Below, in pieces: positions 62,680 to 64,000 of a DNA stretch of 64,000 nucleotides (positions are counted from its first letter, which is position 1; each line of letters opens with the position of its first letter). The DNA is from Dictyostelium discoideum (taxonomy: Eukaryota): contig CM000154.2 of NCBI GenBank assembly GCA_000004695.1, positions 4,736,001 through 4,800,000 of the forward strand, in the 5' to 3' direction. The notes beneath the pieces are model-generated. The model was not told the origin of the DNA. It worked only from the letters and a program-made list of their open reading frames with translations, and searched no databases. Both the position numbers and the translations under genes were made by a program.

Positions 62680-63770
62680 TAATGTAGCATGTTTGAAATA
62701 ATGGTTTAATTCCGATTGCTTGATAAGGTGACATGCCGATAGCTCTGTGTTTTCTATTACATATACTTCCAAGGCCTAATTCTAAATAAGAGCTAATTGT
62801 TTGAGTTTTACACTATATTTTCGCTGTCAAATTTGGTAAATAAATGTTAGTAATTTAAAAAATATAGGGTGTAAATTAGAAGAGGGTACTAACTCTTCCT
62901 TTTGAAAATTTCTTATTAATTTTTTAATTTCTTGATTTACTCTTTCCACCATTCCTTGAGTTGTTGGTGTACGAAGTGCTCCATGAGCAGCTTTGGATGA
63001 AAGAAATGCAAACTCGCGAAATTGATCAAACACTTTGTTTTTGAATTCCTTTCCATTATCGCAATGCCACTTCTTGATAAGTTTATCTTTGTATGTAATG
63101 GCCAAAAAATTGTAAATTGGAACTGCTTTTTTATATGTAAGACATCTTTTAAAATAATGGTTAATATAAATAATATTGAACTTTTAGGATAGTATTAAGG
63201 TAATTACCTTCCAGTTGCAAATTTTGTGAAAGAATCGACACAAATAAGAATATAGACAATGTGTGAATCGTTTGCTTCTTTTACATTATCATTTTTGATA
63301 GTTTCCCAATTAGAAGAGAATCTATCGGTAGATTCTATAATGATATCATTATTTCTATGCTCTCCTTTTAAAGATGTTAAATCAAAAACCATTCTTGAAT
63401 ACTCTTCAGTATCTTCAATTGCAACATATTCTTTATTGATACCTATATTAAAATTATTAATATCATTTGATATAAATAATAATTTTTATTAATTTAAATT
63501 AATATTTTACCCTTAATTTTGTTTCTTTGGCATATATCACATTGCTTGACTGCATTATCAACCATTACCCACATACCAGTACAAAAATACATTGACTTGA
63601 ATTTTTGGTAAGTGGCATCTCTTCCAATATGACCTTTATGCATCTCGTCCCAATGGTTTGAAAACTCAACATCATTAATGACCTTACGGAGGACACTAGA
63701 TGAAATGGTTTGGCCATCATTGGTTGTAAAAACTTTCTTTTCGGATTTAAGTAACTCTTCGTGACCATTT
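62680..63770 (-). CDS. Intron-containing integrase/transposase gene (HHCC zinc finger + DDE rve-type catalytic core), partial. Exons 63770-63512, 63442-63208, 63145-62890, 62812-62680. C-terminus truncated by the gap; the N-terminal start exon is probably beyond 63770.
   Basis: Exon 1: HWDEMHKGHIGRDATYQKFKSMYFCTGMWVMVDNAVKQCDICQRNK (H-x3-H…C-x2-C). Exon 2: RMVFDLTSLKG…HIVYILICVDSFTKFATG (first Asp, second Asp region). Exon 3: WHCDNGKEFKN…RTPTTQGMVERVNQEIKKL (D…E). Exon 4: LGLGSICNRKHRAIGMSPYQAIGIKP. Junctions: donor GTAAAA with acceptor atAG; donor GTAATT with acceptor aaAG; donor GTACCC (weak) with acceptor atAG. Phases 1, 2 and 0 all close. Confidence 0.6.
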
Positions 63771-64000
63771 CTTTAAAAAATTAAGATTATATTATTAGAT
63801 ATTTTAATAATGAATTTGATTCAACATTATGAAACTTATAAACATACACAGCAAAGAAAAATGCACCTTTAAAGCAAATTTAAAGAAAAGTTGATTTAAA
63901 TTGGATTTAAATTGAATTTAAAGCCGCGTTTAAAAAATTCATTTTTAAGGTAATTTTTAAGGTAATTTTTAAGATATTTAAAAATGCCTTTAAAATTTGC
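62680..64000. mobile_element. Tdd-4-like DNA transposon (integrase-encoding, spliced) extending past the window end, adjacent to the assembly gap
   Basis: The spliced integrase gene argues against an LTR retrotransposon origin. Short direct repeats (ttaaggtaattttt x2, atttaaa motifs) at 63880-64000. Family assignment is from memory of Dicty DNA transposons, not from alignment. Confidence 0.45.

Noticed and set aside
62680-63770. Interpretation of the integrase as an LTR retrotransposon (Skipper/DGLT-type) pol fragment
   Set aside because: The reading frame is restored across four segments only by canonical GT…AG introns with correct phases. That is not expected of retroelement pol and fits an integrase-like DNA transposon gene.

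Overview
This window reads as Dictyostelium discoideum nuclear DNA. It is about 78% A+T, has AT-only intergenic spacers with long homopolymer runs, short GTAAGT/GTATGT...AG introns, and in-frame (CAA)n and (AAT)n tracts encoding polyQ/polyN. No prokaryotic features (CRISPR, operons) are present.

Genes I can support, left to right:
- 3' end of an unknown gene (+)
- RNA polymerase I subunit A49 (+, 4 exons)
- a mitochondrial carrier family gene (+)
- a multipass membrane protein gene (+, 3 exons)
- smc5 (-, 3 exons)
- a 1431-aa multi-zinc-finger gene (CCCH, RanBP2 and MYND fingers) with extreme polyQ/polyN (-)
- a small coiled-coil gene (-)
- a 1366-aa intronless N-rich, ankyrin-like ORF (+)
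- a secreted PA14-domain psi-family gene with Dicty CTDC Cys repeats and a (TPTV)n linker (-)
- electron transfer flavoprotein alpha (+)
- TFIIB (+)
- an intact TRAF-like RING/MATH gene (-), followed by three decayed TRAF-like copies

The most notable structure is a ~12 kb tandem segmental duplication, about 95% identical. Each unit carries a complete ~3100-aa type I polyketide synthase gene (KS-AT-DH-cMT-ER-KR-ACP-reductase, KS split over small exons) together with a TRAF-like pseudogene.

Downstream copy B has a 1.8 kb insertion bounded by ~160-180 bp terminal inverted repeats and a TTATTT target duplication. The matching site in copy A is empty. Copy A instead has a solo ~180-bp palindromic MITE-like relative of the same repeat.

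The window ends with an assembly gap (100 N) and an intron-containing integrase gene (HHCC zinc finger plus DDE core). This is typical of a Tdd-4-like DNA transposon rather than an LTR element.

No tRNA or rRNA genes were recognised. All assignments rest on reading translations and motifs by eye; no database searches were run.
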